A DNA stretch of 64,000 nucleotides, from assembly GCF_006345805.1 (NCBI RefSeq), contig NC_042998.1:14942001-15006000 (forward strand), read 5' to 3'. Made by a program: the position numbers and the translations under genes. The notes under the pieces are model-generated. The model did not search any database and had not been told where the DNA came from. It was given only the letters and a program-made list of their open reading frames with translations. Shown in pieces: positions 24,816 through 36,372 of this stretch (position 1 is the first letter of the stretch; each line of letters opens with the position of its first letter). The DNA is from Octopus sinensis (taxonomy: Eukaryota).

Positions 24816-25619
24816 CATATTTGCAGAATTTCCACAATTCTGGAACCGAACAAGTTCTTCATAAATGACAAATGATTGTCCGGAGGTGAATACACTGGTA
24901 CACAATACAGAACTCTGGGTCCCCTGGCAGGAAATACCGGTCTTTCGTGATTATAGATCTTAAAAATATTGAGCGGTAGTAGAAGTGAAGTCTTTTGTCA
25001 GACATTGCAAAGCCAATGAAATGTGTGCTTTTTTTTTCTTTTTTCAAAAATCGTCACTGCTTTAGACTAATCTTTAAAATCTTCAAAACTGTTTACAAAA
25101 AAGAGAGTGTCAATCTTTTTTGATAATCAGATGTCTGGTAATTTTGCCAAAAAATTTTTTTTATAAGCTGGAGATATTTTCACTCTGATATTAATGGAGC
25201 CATGGCCAGCAGACGAACTGATACCGATGATATCCCTCGACCTGCAACCTCATTCAATGATATAGAAGTGTTATTTGTAAAGAAAAGTTTACAATAACAA
25301 CATCAACTGGCAGATGTAGGCATCGCCAGAAAATAGTAGTACTTAAAAATGTATAGGCACTGTTTTAGATCAGGAAGAAATAGTTCACTATCCTATAGCA
25401 GTTTTAAATTGGAACCGTCACGCCTACAACCGCGACAGCTTCAGCAAAGGAAGCTTTCCCAATAATGCTTCTCCGTCACTTAGGTCAGTAGTAGGGTGCA
25501 GCCATGGAAGGGAACAATAAAAATGGTTTAAAACATTCATATCACATATCACCAAGACTACTCTTTTCCCTACGTACACCAACTGAAAGTATATATATAT
25601 TTATTTGTTTACTGTGCAC

Positions 25620-25907
25620 AGGGGGATAAACATAGAGGGGACAAACAAAGGGATTAAGTTGGTTATATCGACCCCCGAAAGAATGAAAAGCAAAGTCCAC
25701 CTCGGTGGAATTTGAATTCAGAACGAAATACCGGGCAGAAAAAATATCTATTTCTTTACTACCCACAAGGGGCTAAACACAGAGGGGACAAACAAGGACA
25801 GACAAATGAATTAAGTCGATTATATCGACCCCAGTGCGTAACTGGTACTTAATTTATCGACCCCGAAAGGATGAAAGGAAAAGTCGACCTCGGCGGAATT
25901 TGAACTC
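25620..25907 (-). mobile_element. Tandem pair of partial family B SINEs
   Basis: Two truncated copies joined at ~25745. Confidence 0.8.
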
Positions 25908-25951
25908 GTGTTTCGAACGTAAGGGCACTGCTCTTTCACTCAATAATGATA

Positions 25952-26018
<67 letters not shown>

Positions 26019-26910
26019 GCAAAAAACTGTGTCACTCGCATATTCAGGTGGTCATTTGTTTTCACTCTTATCAGTTTGTATATGGGTATTGTATGATAAT
26101 GCAAAATGCTCTGGTCTCTTTTTGTAGAGATTTAGAGTCCAACTCACAGAAGGTCTGGGTATAATCTAATATCAAATATAAATATTGTTTGCACGCTAAT
26201 ATTGATCCAATGTGTTGCTTAAATCTCGTGTTCCGAACCCCAAATCTGCTTGTTTGTCATTTTACTATGCTTTCTGAATGAACCATAGATGTCATAGAAA
26301 TGCTGTAGAAGGGTTGTACTATTTACTTTTGAAGTTAGTCTCTATATGAACTCTGTTTATGTTCCTATATGTGATGCTTGGTTATAACTGATGTTCTCTA
26401 GCTTTGTTGATAAATACTTAAAATTTTTTTTTTATTCTGCAAGTTTACTATTTCAGAGATGGTGTTGATTGATGAAGGTCTGAACAAGTCAAGTAGTACT
26501 ACTATGTCTAGAGAGAATTTAAAGATGTGACTATGTAGTTGGAGTCGTGGGAAGATCGTGTAGGTAATGATTTTAAAAACAGAACAGGTGAAAGATACTA
26601 CATAGTTAAATTTGTATTAACGTCTTTAATGCAATAAACATCTAAAATCTAATTTGAAATAATTTTGCAGAGATGATAATACAACTTTTGCTAAATAATT
26701 GATATTTTAAAACTTTTCAAGTTCAACGTATTGCGGTCTTATTAGACCTTCACAGTGAGCATACATTTTTTCTGTAGTTACATAGGAATCGATAAAAGTA
26801 GTTGTACAATATAGTAGGTTAGTAGATTTGGTTTTGTGTATTTTTCCTCACAAACGTCGTAAATGGAGGCCTATAAGGGGAATGTAAACCAAAGCTTTGA
26901 TGCCATCGAT

Positions 26911-27318
26911 GGCGCAGGAGAGGCTGTGTAGTAAGTAGCTTGCTTACCAACTACATGGTTCCGGGTTCAGTCTTACTGCGTAGTATCTTGGGCAAGTGTC
27001 TTCTACTATAGCCTCGGGCCGACCAAAACCTTGTGAGTGGATTTGGTAGACGGAAACCGAAAAAAGCCCGTCGTATGTATGTATGTATATATATGTGTGT
27101 GTGTATGTTTGTGTGTCTGTGTTTGTCCCCCTAGCATTACTTGACAACCGATGCTGGTGTGTTTACGTCCCCGTCACTTAGCAGTTCGGCAAAATAGTGC
27201 GATAGAATAAGTACTAGGCTTACAAGGAATAAGTCCCGGGGTCGATTTGCTCGACTAAAGGCGGAGCTCCAGCATGGCCGCAGTCAAATGATTGAAACAA
27301 GTAAAAGAGTAAAAGAAT
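26911..27318 (+). mobile_element. SINE family A
   Basis: Full head to tail similarity with other copies. Confidence 0.9.
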
Positions 27319-27506
27319 AGGTATAATACACACACACACACACAAATATTAACAGCATTTTGCAATGTTTCACCAAAAATGAGAATTACAAATGTGATTA
27401 GGATTGTAGGAGACACCTACACTGCTAGAAATAAGAGCTAAACCACTCTAATACCGTAAATAACGCACACGGATGAAGACATACACACTAACAGGGACCA
27501 TGATCG

Positions 27507-27599
27507 TCCGAAAAGAGCCGAATGAGAAATCTTAATACTGACGCGTCAGTTTCAGCAATTTCCGTTGCTTCATCAGTTAAAACCGCTCCATTTTTCGGA
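27507..27599 (-). ncRNA. Type I hammerhead ribozyme, apparently complete
   Basis: Minus strand: TCCGAAAA-atg-GAGC-g-GTTTTAA / CTGATGA / AGCAA-cggaaa-TTGCT / GAAA / CTGAC-gc-GTCAG / TA / TTAAGAT-ttctcattcg-GCTC-TTTTCGGA. Intact core, GUA cleavage triplet and extended stem I. Confidence 0.78.
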
Positions 27600-27795
27600 T
27601 CTTTCTGGAATCGCTTCGCTATTAGTATTTATGTTTTCGACATCCAAATTATGGGATGATTTAGCGATTCGCTAATATGTATATATAAAATTAATATAAA
27701 CAGCAGTTTGCAATGCTTCACCCCAAAATTCTTCGAGGTGGGGCCTCTGCATGACCACAATTTAATGACTGATATATATATATACAATTTTGAAG

Positions 27796-28071
27796 CCTGG
27801 TACTTATGCTATCGATCTCTTTGCCAAACTGTTAGGTTACAGGAGCGTAAACACATTAATACTGGTCGTCAAGCGGTGGTGGGGGACAGAGACACAAACA
27901 CACACACATGTACGACGGGCTTCCTTAAGTTTCCGTCTACTGAATCCACTCACAAGGATTTGGTCGACCTGAGGCTAAAGAAGACACTTGCCCATGGATC
28001 CACGCAATGAGACTGAACCCTGAGCAATTTCGTTGGAAAGCAAGCTTCTTGCCACACAGCCACGCCTACGC
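27796..28071 (-). mobile_element. SINE family A, diverged and partial
   Basis: Reverse-complement similarity to the family A head and body. Confidence 0.75.
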
Positions 28072-28492
28072 GTTTATATATATAATTAATAATATATGAG
28101 GGTAATAAAGATTTTAGAAATGTTTACTACCTGTGGCGTAGCGTGTAGAAAAAATAGTCAATAGACTATATATTATTCATATAAATACAGTGTATATTTA
28201 AACACATAAGAGGTATCCGTCATAGGATTCCTTTCACGCTAGAAGGAACAGCTAAAATCCAAGCCACTATTAGGGATAAAAACTCGAAGGGAATGAAAAT
28301 TAAAAACATTTACCATCTATCCGAGTTTTTGTCCCTAATGGGTTTGAACTTAAAATATATATTTGGATTTACGTGTATCGTCATAAGATTCCTTTCAAGC
28401 TAGAAGGAACACGTAAGTCCAAACATATATATATATATATATAATATATATATATTACACACACCACACACACATATATATATATATATATA

Positions 28493-28528
<36 letters not shown>

Positions 28529-28620
28529 ATTAATCAATATAGGGGTGCAAAAAAGTTTTGTAGAATTTTTTTGCCACCAGCGCCTGAAAAAATAATAGTC
28601 ATAGACCAATTTTAAGTTCA

Positions 28621-29078
28621 TAACAATCAAGGAAGGCCATGATAGGCCATTGCCCACTAGAAATAACACAAAGCTTAACCGCAAATAAAAGTCAATTCCT
28701 AAACAGGAGAAAATTTAAAATATGATTAATATGAATTTTCTGGTTAATCCGTAATGGAATCGACGGCTTATATATTGTTGCCGATAAATTTGGCGCAGTG
28801 CGATGATTGAAAATTTTAGGTCAATATTAACTGGCAGGGTCGGATGCCTCGTGAAATATCTGTTATTGTGGCTATTTCTTACTGAAGTGAGGGATATGGA
28901 AGATGTGATTTAATTTAATCAGGTAGTTTACCATTAAACAGCAGACGAAACGGTGCATCGTATAAGAAATTAAAGGGTAAATGTTTTTAAATTTTCTCTG
29001 TTACGGAATTGACTTTTATTTGCGTTGAAGCTTTTGTTATTTATAGTGAATGGCCATTATGGCCGTTCTTGATGTTGA
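28621..29078. mobile_element. Fold-back or MITE-like element with ~100-bp imperfect inverted arms
   Basis: Perfect 20-bp core CGCAAATAAAAGTCAATTCC (28680-28699) and GGAATTGACTTTTATTTGCG (29005-29024). Imperfect pairing extends on both sides. Confidence 0.7.
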
Positions 29079-29774
29079 TATATCTATATAATATATATAT
29101 ATATATATATTATATATATGTATATGTGTGTGTGTATATATATATGTGTATATGTATGTGTATAAACTGTGCATACTTGAGTTTGTTGTTCTATTTTTTG
29201 TTTTTTAGGACTGAGGTGGTTGATTGTTGTCGTCTGATCCATGTTATGATAGAGTTGGAAAGGGAGATGTGTAGGTTTGCGATATCAAAGATGAGACTTT
29301 CCAACATTTTTGAGTGCGGTGGATTTGTGCGACGTCCTTTTATTGATTTCACCCTGTCTCCCGTTGCTTTGAATAGTAAGTGGTAAAGCTCATTACTAAC
29401 GTAACCCCCATCAAGTCGGGGTACGATTAAACGGATTCTAGCCATTTGTGTAGTTTTTCTCTTTGTTTTGAGGCATAATGCATCTAGGATCACATCATGC
29501 GATCCGTCATCGTTTGAAAGATAGCAATGAAGGATATGACAGAGATACGACTGCTAATAGTAGCAGGTATTTACTTTCAGGTCAACCTGGACTGGGTTGA
29601 CCAATATTTAAAGGCATTCAAGACGTTGGATCTACCGCTATTTTAGGGACATGTTACATTACATTATTCAGTGTCCTTTAAAGAAAAAGTTTCGACCGTA
29701 TAACGTTATTTCAGAGATTTCCAGGCTTCAGTTCACTTTCCTTTTGGTGGTTCAGTAGCCTGGCGATTACATGC

Positions 29775-31222
29775 TTCCTTCAGACCCTATGTGATTTAGG
29801 GTCCGAAGTAATCAAACAGCCTATGATTTTTTTCCAGATCTTTATACTTTCCAGCTTTTAAATTTCAGTAAGGCTTTTTTGATGTCTTCTGATACTTCCT
29901 GCAGACCCTATGTGATTTAGGGTCCGAAGTAATCAAACAGCCTATGATTTTTTTCCAGATCTTTATACTTTCCAGCTTTTAAATTTCAGTAAGGCTTTTT
30001 TGATGTCTTCTGATACTTCCTGCAGACCCTATGTGATTTAGGGTCCGAAGTAACAAACAGCCTATGATTTTTTTCCAGATCTATACTTCCAGCTTTTAAA
30101 TTTCAGTAAGGCTTTTTTGATGTCTTCTGATACTTCCTGCAGACCCTATGTGATTAGGGTCCGAAGTAATCAAACAGCCTATGATTTTTTTCCAGATCTT
30201 TATACTTTCCAGCTTTTAAATTTCAGTAAGGCTTTTTTGATGTCTTCTGATACTTCCTGCAGACCCTATGTGATTTAGGGTCCGAAGTAATCAAACAGCC
30301 TATGACTTTTTTTCCAGATCTTTATACTTTCCAGCTTTTAAATATCAGTAAGGCTTTTTTGATGTCTTCTGATACTTCCTGCAGACCCTATGTGATTTAG
30401 GGTCCGAAGTAATCAAACAGCCTATGACTTTTTTTCCAGATCTTTATACTTTCCAGCTTTTAATTTCAGTAAGGCTTTTTTGATGTCTTCTGATACTTCC
30501 TGCAGACCCTATGTGATTTAGGGTCCGAAGTAATCAAACAGCCTATGACTTTTTTTCCAGATCTTTATACTTTCCAGCTTTTAAATTTCAGTAAGGCTTT
30601 TTTGATGTCTTCTGATACTTCCTGCAGACCCTATGTGATTTAGGGTCCGAAGTAATCAACAGCCTATGACTTTTTTTCCAGATCTTTATACTTTCCAGCT
30701 TTTAATTTCAGTAAGGCTTTTTTGATGTCTTCTGATACTTCCTGCAGACCCTATGTGATTTAGGGTCCGAAGTAATCAAACAGCCTATGACTTTTTTTCC
30801 AGATCTTTATACTTTCCAGCTTTTAAATATCAGTAAGGCTTTTTTGATGTCTTCTGATACTTCCTGCAGACCCTATGTGATTTAGGGTCCGAAGTAATCA
30901 AACAGCCTATGACTTTTTTTCCAGATCTTTATACTTTCCAGCTTTTAAATTTCAGTAAGGCTTTTTTGATGTCTTCTGATACTTCCTGCAGACCCTATGT
31001 GATTTAGGGTCCGAAGTAATCAAACAGCCTATGACTTTTTTTCCAGATCTTTATACTTTCCAGCTTTTAAATTTCAGTAAGGCTTTTTTGATGTCTTCTG
31101 ATACTTCCTGCAGACCCTATGTGATTTAGGGTCCGAAGTAATCAAACAGCCTATGACTTTTTTTCCAGATCTTTATACTTTCCAGCTTTTAAATATCAGT
31201 AATGCTTTTTTGATGTCTTCTG
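29775..31222. repeat. Tandem satellite, 121-122-bp unit, about 12 copies
   Basis: Unit GATACTTCCTGCAGACCCTATGTGATTTAGGGTCCGAAGTAATC...GATGTCTTCT, with near-identical copies. Confidence 0.97.
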
Positions 31223-31462
31223 GAAGGAAAGCGTGGAAATCATGGTTGAGCCTAAATGTAGTTTGCATTTTGTATTCTTGGTATTTATAGAGTTCGATAA
31301 ACATCTGATTAAGGCGTTTGCTTTCCGTTGGAGTATGTTGTCTGAAGTTGTTATGGAACTGTGATCTGGCCATTCTCAGAGTTGTCGATGCCGCTAATTA
31401 CTTTGTTAAGCGATGTGTTGCTTTTTGTGAGGTTTATGTTTTCTCTCTCTCTTTCTCTTTTA

Positions 31463-31499
<37 letters not shown>

Positions 31500-31700
31500 G
31501 TCGTGGCCCACCGTTGGTTACGGCGACGAGGGTTCCAGTTGATCCGATCAACGGAACAGCCTGCTCAGGAAATAGGCTGAGCGCTCCACAGACACGTGTA
31601 CTCTTAACGTAGTTCTCGGGGAGATTCAGCGTCACAAAGGGCCAGCTTCAAAGGGCCAGTGTAACAAGGCTTGCCCTTTGAAATACAAGTACAATAGAAA
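31500..31700 (-). mobile_element. SINE family C tail fragment
   Basis: Reverse complement of the family C 3' part (GGAACAGCCTGCTC...CAGACACGTGTAC..TTAACGTAG). Confidence 0.7.
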
Positions 31701-32056
31701 CATCATGAATTGCCGGAATTAAAAGCTGTCGCAACTTCACCATATTACACATTTTTGCAACGTGAAATGAAGCATTTTGATTCAGAACACAATGTCTCAT
31801 TCTGTCCAAGAATCGAACCCACAATCTTACGATCATAAGTACTACCCACCAACCTCTAAGACATACACATCCACATGCTATTGTGCATGTATTATATAAA
31901 TTTCTATGACATAGTCTGCTACCCAGGGTTTTGTTGTTTCTTATATAATTGTTTAATATTTTGTTTATAAGTGTGAAACAGAAAAAAACTGAGTCACAAT
32001 TTTTGCTGGCGTTGATATTAGGTAAACTTATAATTCGTCTTTCTCTATGTATTCAT

Positions 32057-32328
32057 GTGGAGACACATGGCATAGTGGTGAGATCAGCGGACTCGCGGTC
32101 GAGGGATCGCGGGTTCGAATCTCAGACAGGGTGATGTGTGTGTGTTTATGAGCGAAACACCTAAGCTCCACGTAGCTCCGGCAGAACGTAATGGCGAATT
32201 TCTGCTGACTCTTTCGCCACGACATTCTGCGACGGACTGGCGTCCCATCCAGGTGGGGAACCTATACGCCAAGGAAACCGGGAAACCAGCCCTTATGAGC
32301 CAGGCGTGGCTCGAGAAGGAACAAACAG
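32057..32328 (+). mobile_element. SINE with family C-like head and alternative tail
   Basis: 12-bp TSD with one mismatch, CTATGTATT(C/A)AT at 32045-32056 and 32329-32340. Confidence 0.87.
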
Positions 32329-33017
32329 CTATGTATTAATGGTTGATGAGTAAACAATTCTGAATCCGTATCGTAATTTTGCGAGGGGAAAGTGTGGGTT
32401 GGTGATATCAAAAAGTATTTCTAACATTTATGGTGGTGTGCATATATGTATATATAGGGTGAGATGTGTACGTTGATGAACCTTGTGGGCTTTTTGTTTT
32501 CTTTTGCCTTTGTTTTATTATTATTATTTTATTTTTTTTTGTATTTTCCGCTTTTGTAGAGAGTTTAAAATTGTAATGGTTTTAACCAGTTTTTAGATTC
32601 TGTGGGTTTGGAAATGTAGATACACTTAGATGTTGTTTAAGTCCCGCTGAACCAATTCATGATCAAAGGAGATTCAAGCATATCCATACTGTGTTTCATT
32701 TTGTTTTCAGTGTATATAGGACTTCATTATTCAATGAATTCGTCTTTTTTTTAAGCAGTGGGTTGAGGTGTATATAAAAGGAATAACGTCAACGTTTCCA
32801 AAGAAGTATCTTACAAACCAACATCGAAATATACAATCCCATTTACACGACTGACATGAACAACATGGTGAGAGATAACTTCAAAAGCGTTGCACCAGCA
32901 CCAGATGCAGCAAAAATTAAACGCAGCATCTAAACGAAGAAATAACAATGGAAATAAACAGAAAACTAATAACCATTCAAAATTACCAACAAAAAAAAAA
33001 AAAAAAAAAAACACACA

Positions 33018-33425
33018 GAGTGGCTGTGTGGTAAGTAGCTTGCTAACCAACCACATGGTTCCGGATTCAGTCCCACTGCGTGGCATCTTGGGCAAGTGTC
33101 TTCTGCTATAGCCCCGGGCCGACCAATGACTTGTGAGTGGATTTGGTAGACGGAAACTGAAAGAAGCCTGTCGTGTATATGTATATATATATAAGTGTGT
33201 GTGTATATGTTTGTGTGTCTGTGTTTGTCCCCCTAGCATTGCTTGACAACCGATGCTGGTGTGTTTACGTCCCCGTCACTTAGCGGTTCGGCAAAAGAGA
33301 CCGATAGAATAAGTACTGGGCTTACAAAGAATAAGTCCCGGGGTCGATTTGCTCGACTAAAGGCGGTGCTCTAGCATGGCCGCAGTCAAATGACTGAAAC
33401 AAGTAAAAGAGTAAAAGAGAAAGAG
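33018..33425 (+). mobile_element. SINE family A
   Basis: Near-identical to 57354-57768. Confidence 0.92.
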
Positions 33426-33471
33426 TATATATATATATATAAATAAGTAAATATATATATATATATATATA

Positions 33472-33698
33472 TACAAGGGGGGGGGCTGAAAGGTTCCTGG
33501 TTTTGGGTAAAAGAAAATAATGGAGGGTCAGTGATTTATGATTTTATTCAACATATAATCTCCTCTCAGATTCACACACTTATTGCAGCGGTCCTCCACT
33601 TTTTCTAAGCCCGGTAAAAGAACTCGGAAGGCTGGACCACAAAGGAGGCCTTTCGCGCTGCCCTTAAAACTAGGACGTTTTCAGCAAACCCCTTCGTG
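33472..33698. mobile_element. Mariner-derived MITE
   Basis: Imperfect TIRs TACAAGGGGGGGGCTGAAAGGTTCCTGG and CTAGGACGTTTTCAGCAAACCCCTTCGTG. Minus strand retains a transposase C-terminal remnant (GLEK..EDRCNKCVNLRGDY). Confidence 0.7.
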
Positions 33699-34619
33699 CA
33701 TACACATACGGGTTACGCCTCGTCGCTCGGTCGATTAATAATGTACTTTAGGGTTTTACTTGATCAGCAGCAACAATAACCAATAACACCAATGGGAACA
33801 GCAGAAACATCAGCAACAACATCAACAACTACAACAGCAACAACTACAAAAATAATATCGGCTTAGTTTCTTCTCGCCACCAACTTGCATATCTCCATCA
33901 TTAACATGATTCCTCTCATCTTATTAACGCAAACAACAGCATCACTACGACTGCGGACGTGAGCACCACTAACCCCCTCCCCGCCCCCCAAAAAAAGATA
34001 ACAATCCATGTGACCACTACCAAGCACCACCACACCACCACAACCACCAAAACCACCACTATCACCACCATAACTGCTAACTTTGCCAACAAAGCTTCCA
34101 CCACTAATACAGTCAGTAACACCAGTACTATAATCACCAATGTTTTCGCTACTACTAACGGCGGTACACGACTACCATTACGACCGGCCCTGACCGCCCC
34201 CCTCACCCGTCAACAGCAGCATCACCGTTATAACCCTCCTCCTCTTGCTCATCATCATCATCATCGTCCCACATCAGCATCCTCATCGCCAGCAACAACA
34301 TGTATAACAGCCATCAAGGCCATGGCCACCACCACCAACACCACTACCACCACCACCACCACCACCACCACCACCACCTTTAGCAATGCATGCTCTCACA
34401 GCACTATTACCGCTCCCAGCTCCATCCCCATCTGCCGCCACATGGTACAATCGAATGGATTAACATTTCCATCAACCCCACAAACACACACACACACATA
34501 CACACACACACACATACACACACACACACATACACACACACACCATACACACACACGTGTACAAATACAGGCACACGGTAAACATGCATAACTTGTAAGC
34601 ACTTGTAGGAAGAGTGTAT

Positions 34620-34677
<58 letters not shown>

Positions 34678-34679
34678 AT

Positions 34680-34779
34680 NNNNNNNNNNNNNNNNNNNNN
34701 NNNNNNNNNNNNNNNNNNNNNNNNNNNNNNNNNNNNNNNNNNNNNNNNNNNNNNNNNNNNNNNNNNNNNNNNNNNNNNN
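34680..34779. other. Assembly gap (100 N)
   Basis: Run of exactly 100 N. Confidence 1.
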
Positions 34780-34841
34780 TTTCAAAAATTCCAATTCTAA
34801 AGGTCGAAACAAACCCGAGCAACGCCGGGCGATACTGCTAG
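34780..34841 (+). mobile_element. Helitron-like 3' end, truncated by the gap
   Basis: AAACCCGAGCAACGCCGGGCGATACTGCTAG|T, the same terminus as 13141 and 37965. Confidence 0.7.
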
Positions 34842-34946
34842 TATATATATAATATATAAAGCAATAAGAAAATGGAGGGGATCAATAGGTTCATCAGCTT
34901 TTACACATTATATTATGTGATTTTATTTATTCATTTACAAAAATGA

Positions 34947-35169
34947 CAATTACAAGAATATACATATATGTATAACATATCATGCTTTACATATAAAATA
35001 TATAACGATACCAGTAATTATTAGAATATATAACATACAGGAAAAGAAATTGGGATTTTCTCAATTTCTTTTCTTTTCCTGTATGTTATATATTTTAATA
35101 ATTACTGGTATCTTTATATATTTTATATGTAAAGTATATGTTATACATGTATGTATATTCTTGTAATTG
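34947..35169. repeat. AT-rich fold-back palindrome with ~110-bp arms
   Basis: CAATTACAAGAATATACAT...GATACCAGTAATTATT..AATATATAACATACAGGAAAAGAAATTG mirrored on the right. Centre near 35056. Confidence 0.85.
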
Positions 35170-35364
35170 AAACATGTAAAAGAATAAAAGATGATGAAGG
35201 AAAAGTATAGTAGTTTTATGTTTCGAGCATAACTCTTCTTCGGAAACAGGTAAAACAGAGACGTCCAAAACGAAAGAGGAAAAGAAATCGCCATTTTTGA
35301 AGTAACCGGAAGTAGAAGGAATGAAGGGAAAGTGCTTTCTGGGACAGGAGAGGGTAAAAGGTGT

Positions 35365-35440
<76 letters not shown>

Positions 35441-35869
35441 CTGATAGCATGTAAGTGTATGGCAGTAACTGTGTGTGTGTGTGTGTGCGTAACTTTATGT
35501 CTGTGTTTGTCTCCCACAATCGTTTGACAACCGGTGTTGGTTTGTTTACGTCTCGGTAACCAAGCGGTTCAGCAAAAGACTTAAAAAGAAAGAAGAAAAA
35601 AAATGATAATAAGTACTGCTGTCGATACACTCGACGAAAGATTCTTCGAGTCGGTGCTCCAGTATGACCGCAGCAAGGAAAAAGTAAAAGATATATATAT
35701 ATACATATATATCTATCCACACATATACATGCATACACTCATCCACACAAACATATATTCGCATACGTAGATACATACACACACACATAAATACATGCAT
35801 ACACAGACACACACACACAAATATGAATACATACATATATATACATATATATATTTCACAAAATATCCC

Positions 35870-36090
35870 AGGGCGGCGAGCTGGCAGAATCGTAAACGCA
35901 CCGGACAAAATCGTTAATGGTATTTCTTCTACCGTTACGATCAAATTCCTGCGAGGTCGGCTTCCAATTTTATTCTCTCGGGGTCCATTAAATAAGTACC
36001 AGTTATGCACTAGGGTCTATGTACTCCGCTTAATCCTTTTGTTTGTCCACTGTATGTTTAGCCTCCTGTGGGCAATGAAGAAATAGATTT
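35870..36090 (+). mobile_element. SINE family B, diverged
   Basis: GGCGGCGAGCTGGCAGAA head through GGGCAATGAAGAAATAG tail. Confidence 0.75.
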
Positions 36091-36341
36091 ATATATTTTA
36101 TTGTGTTTGGAGAGAGTCATTCTCTTTTAGTGCCTTATTATTCGACACACGCACCGGTTCGATTTCTATTTATTTGTTATTTCTAAAATTTTCGTTGCGT
36201 CTTGCATCCTCTTCAACTGTCGTTGAAAATATACATATGTATATTTATATAAATAACAACCTATCTACGTACGTACGTACTTACGTACGTACGTACCTAC
36301 CTACATACATACATACATACATACATACATACATACATACA

Positions 36342-36372
<31 letters not shown>

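Larger units (their letters stand above)
22850..25520 (-). pseudogene. Possible decayed LRR/F-box-like coding sequence interrupted by two SINEs
   Basis: Microsatellite-free, coding-like stretch. Fragments IVSLDLSRTNFVDL, YYSLNLSSRISPALL and LPDLKQCLYIFKY resemble LRR or F-box motifs. Many stops; assignment is weak. Confidence 0.25.

Noticed and set aside
29775-31222. CRISPR-like appearance of hairpin-containing repeats
   Set aside because: Units are contiguous with no unique spacers, there are no cas genes, and the context is eukaryotic.
33959-34591. 210-aa Thr/His-rich mucin-like ORF
   Set aside because: It is a degenerate CAC/CAA/ACC repeat running into a CA microsatellite, with no domain or splice evidence.
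34680-34779. Apparent junction between a CA/TA tract and a Helitron end
   Set aside because: The two sides are separated by a 100-N scaffold gap, so true adjacency and distance are unknown.
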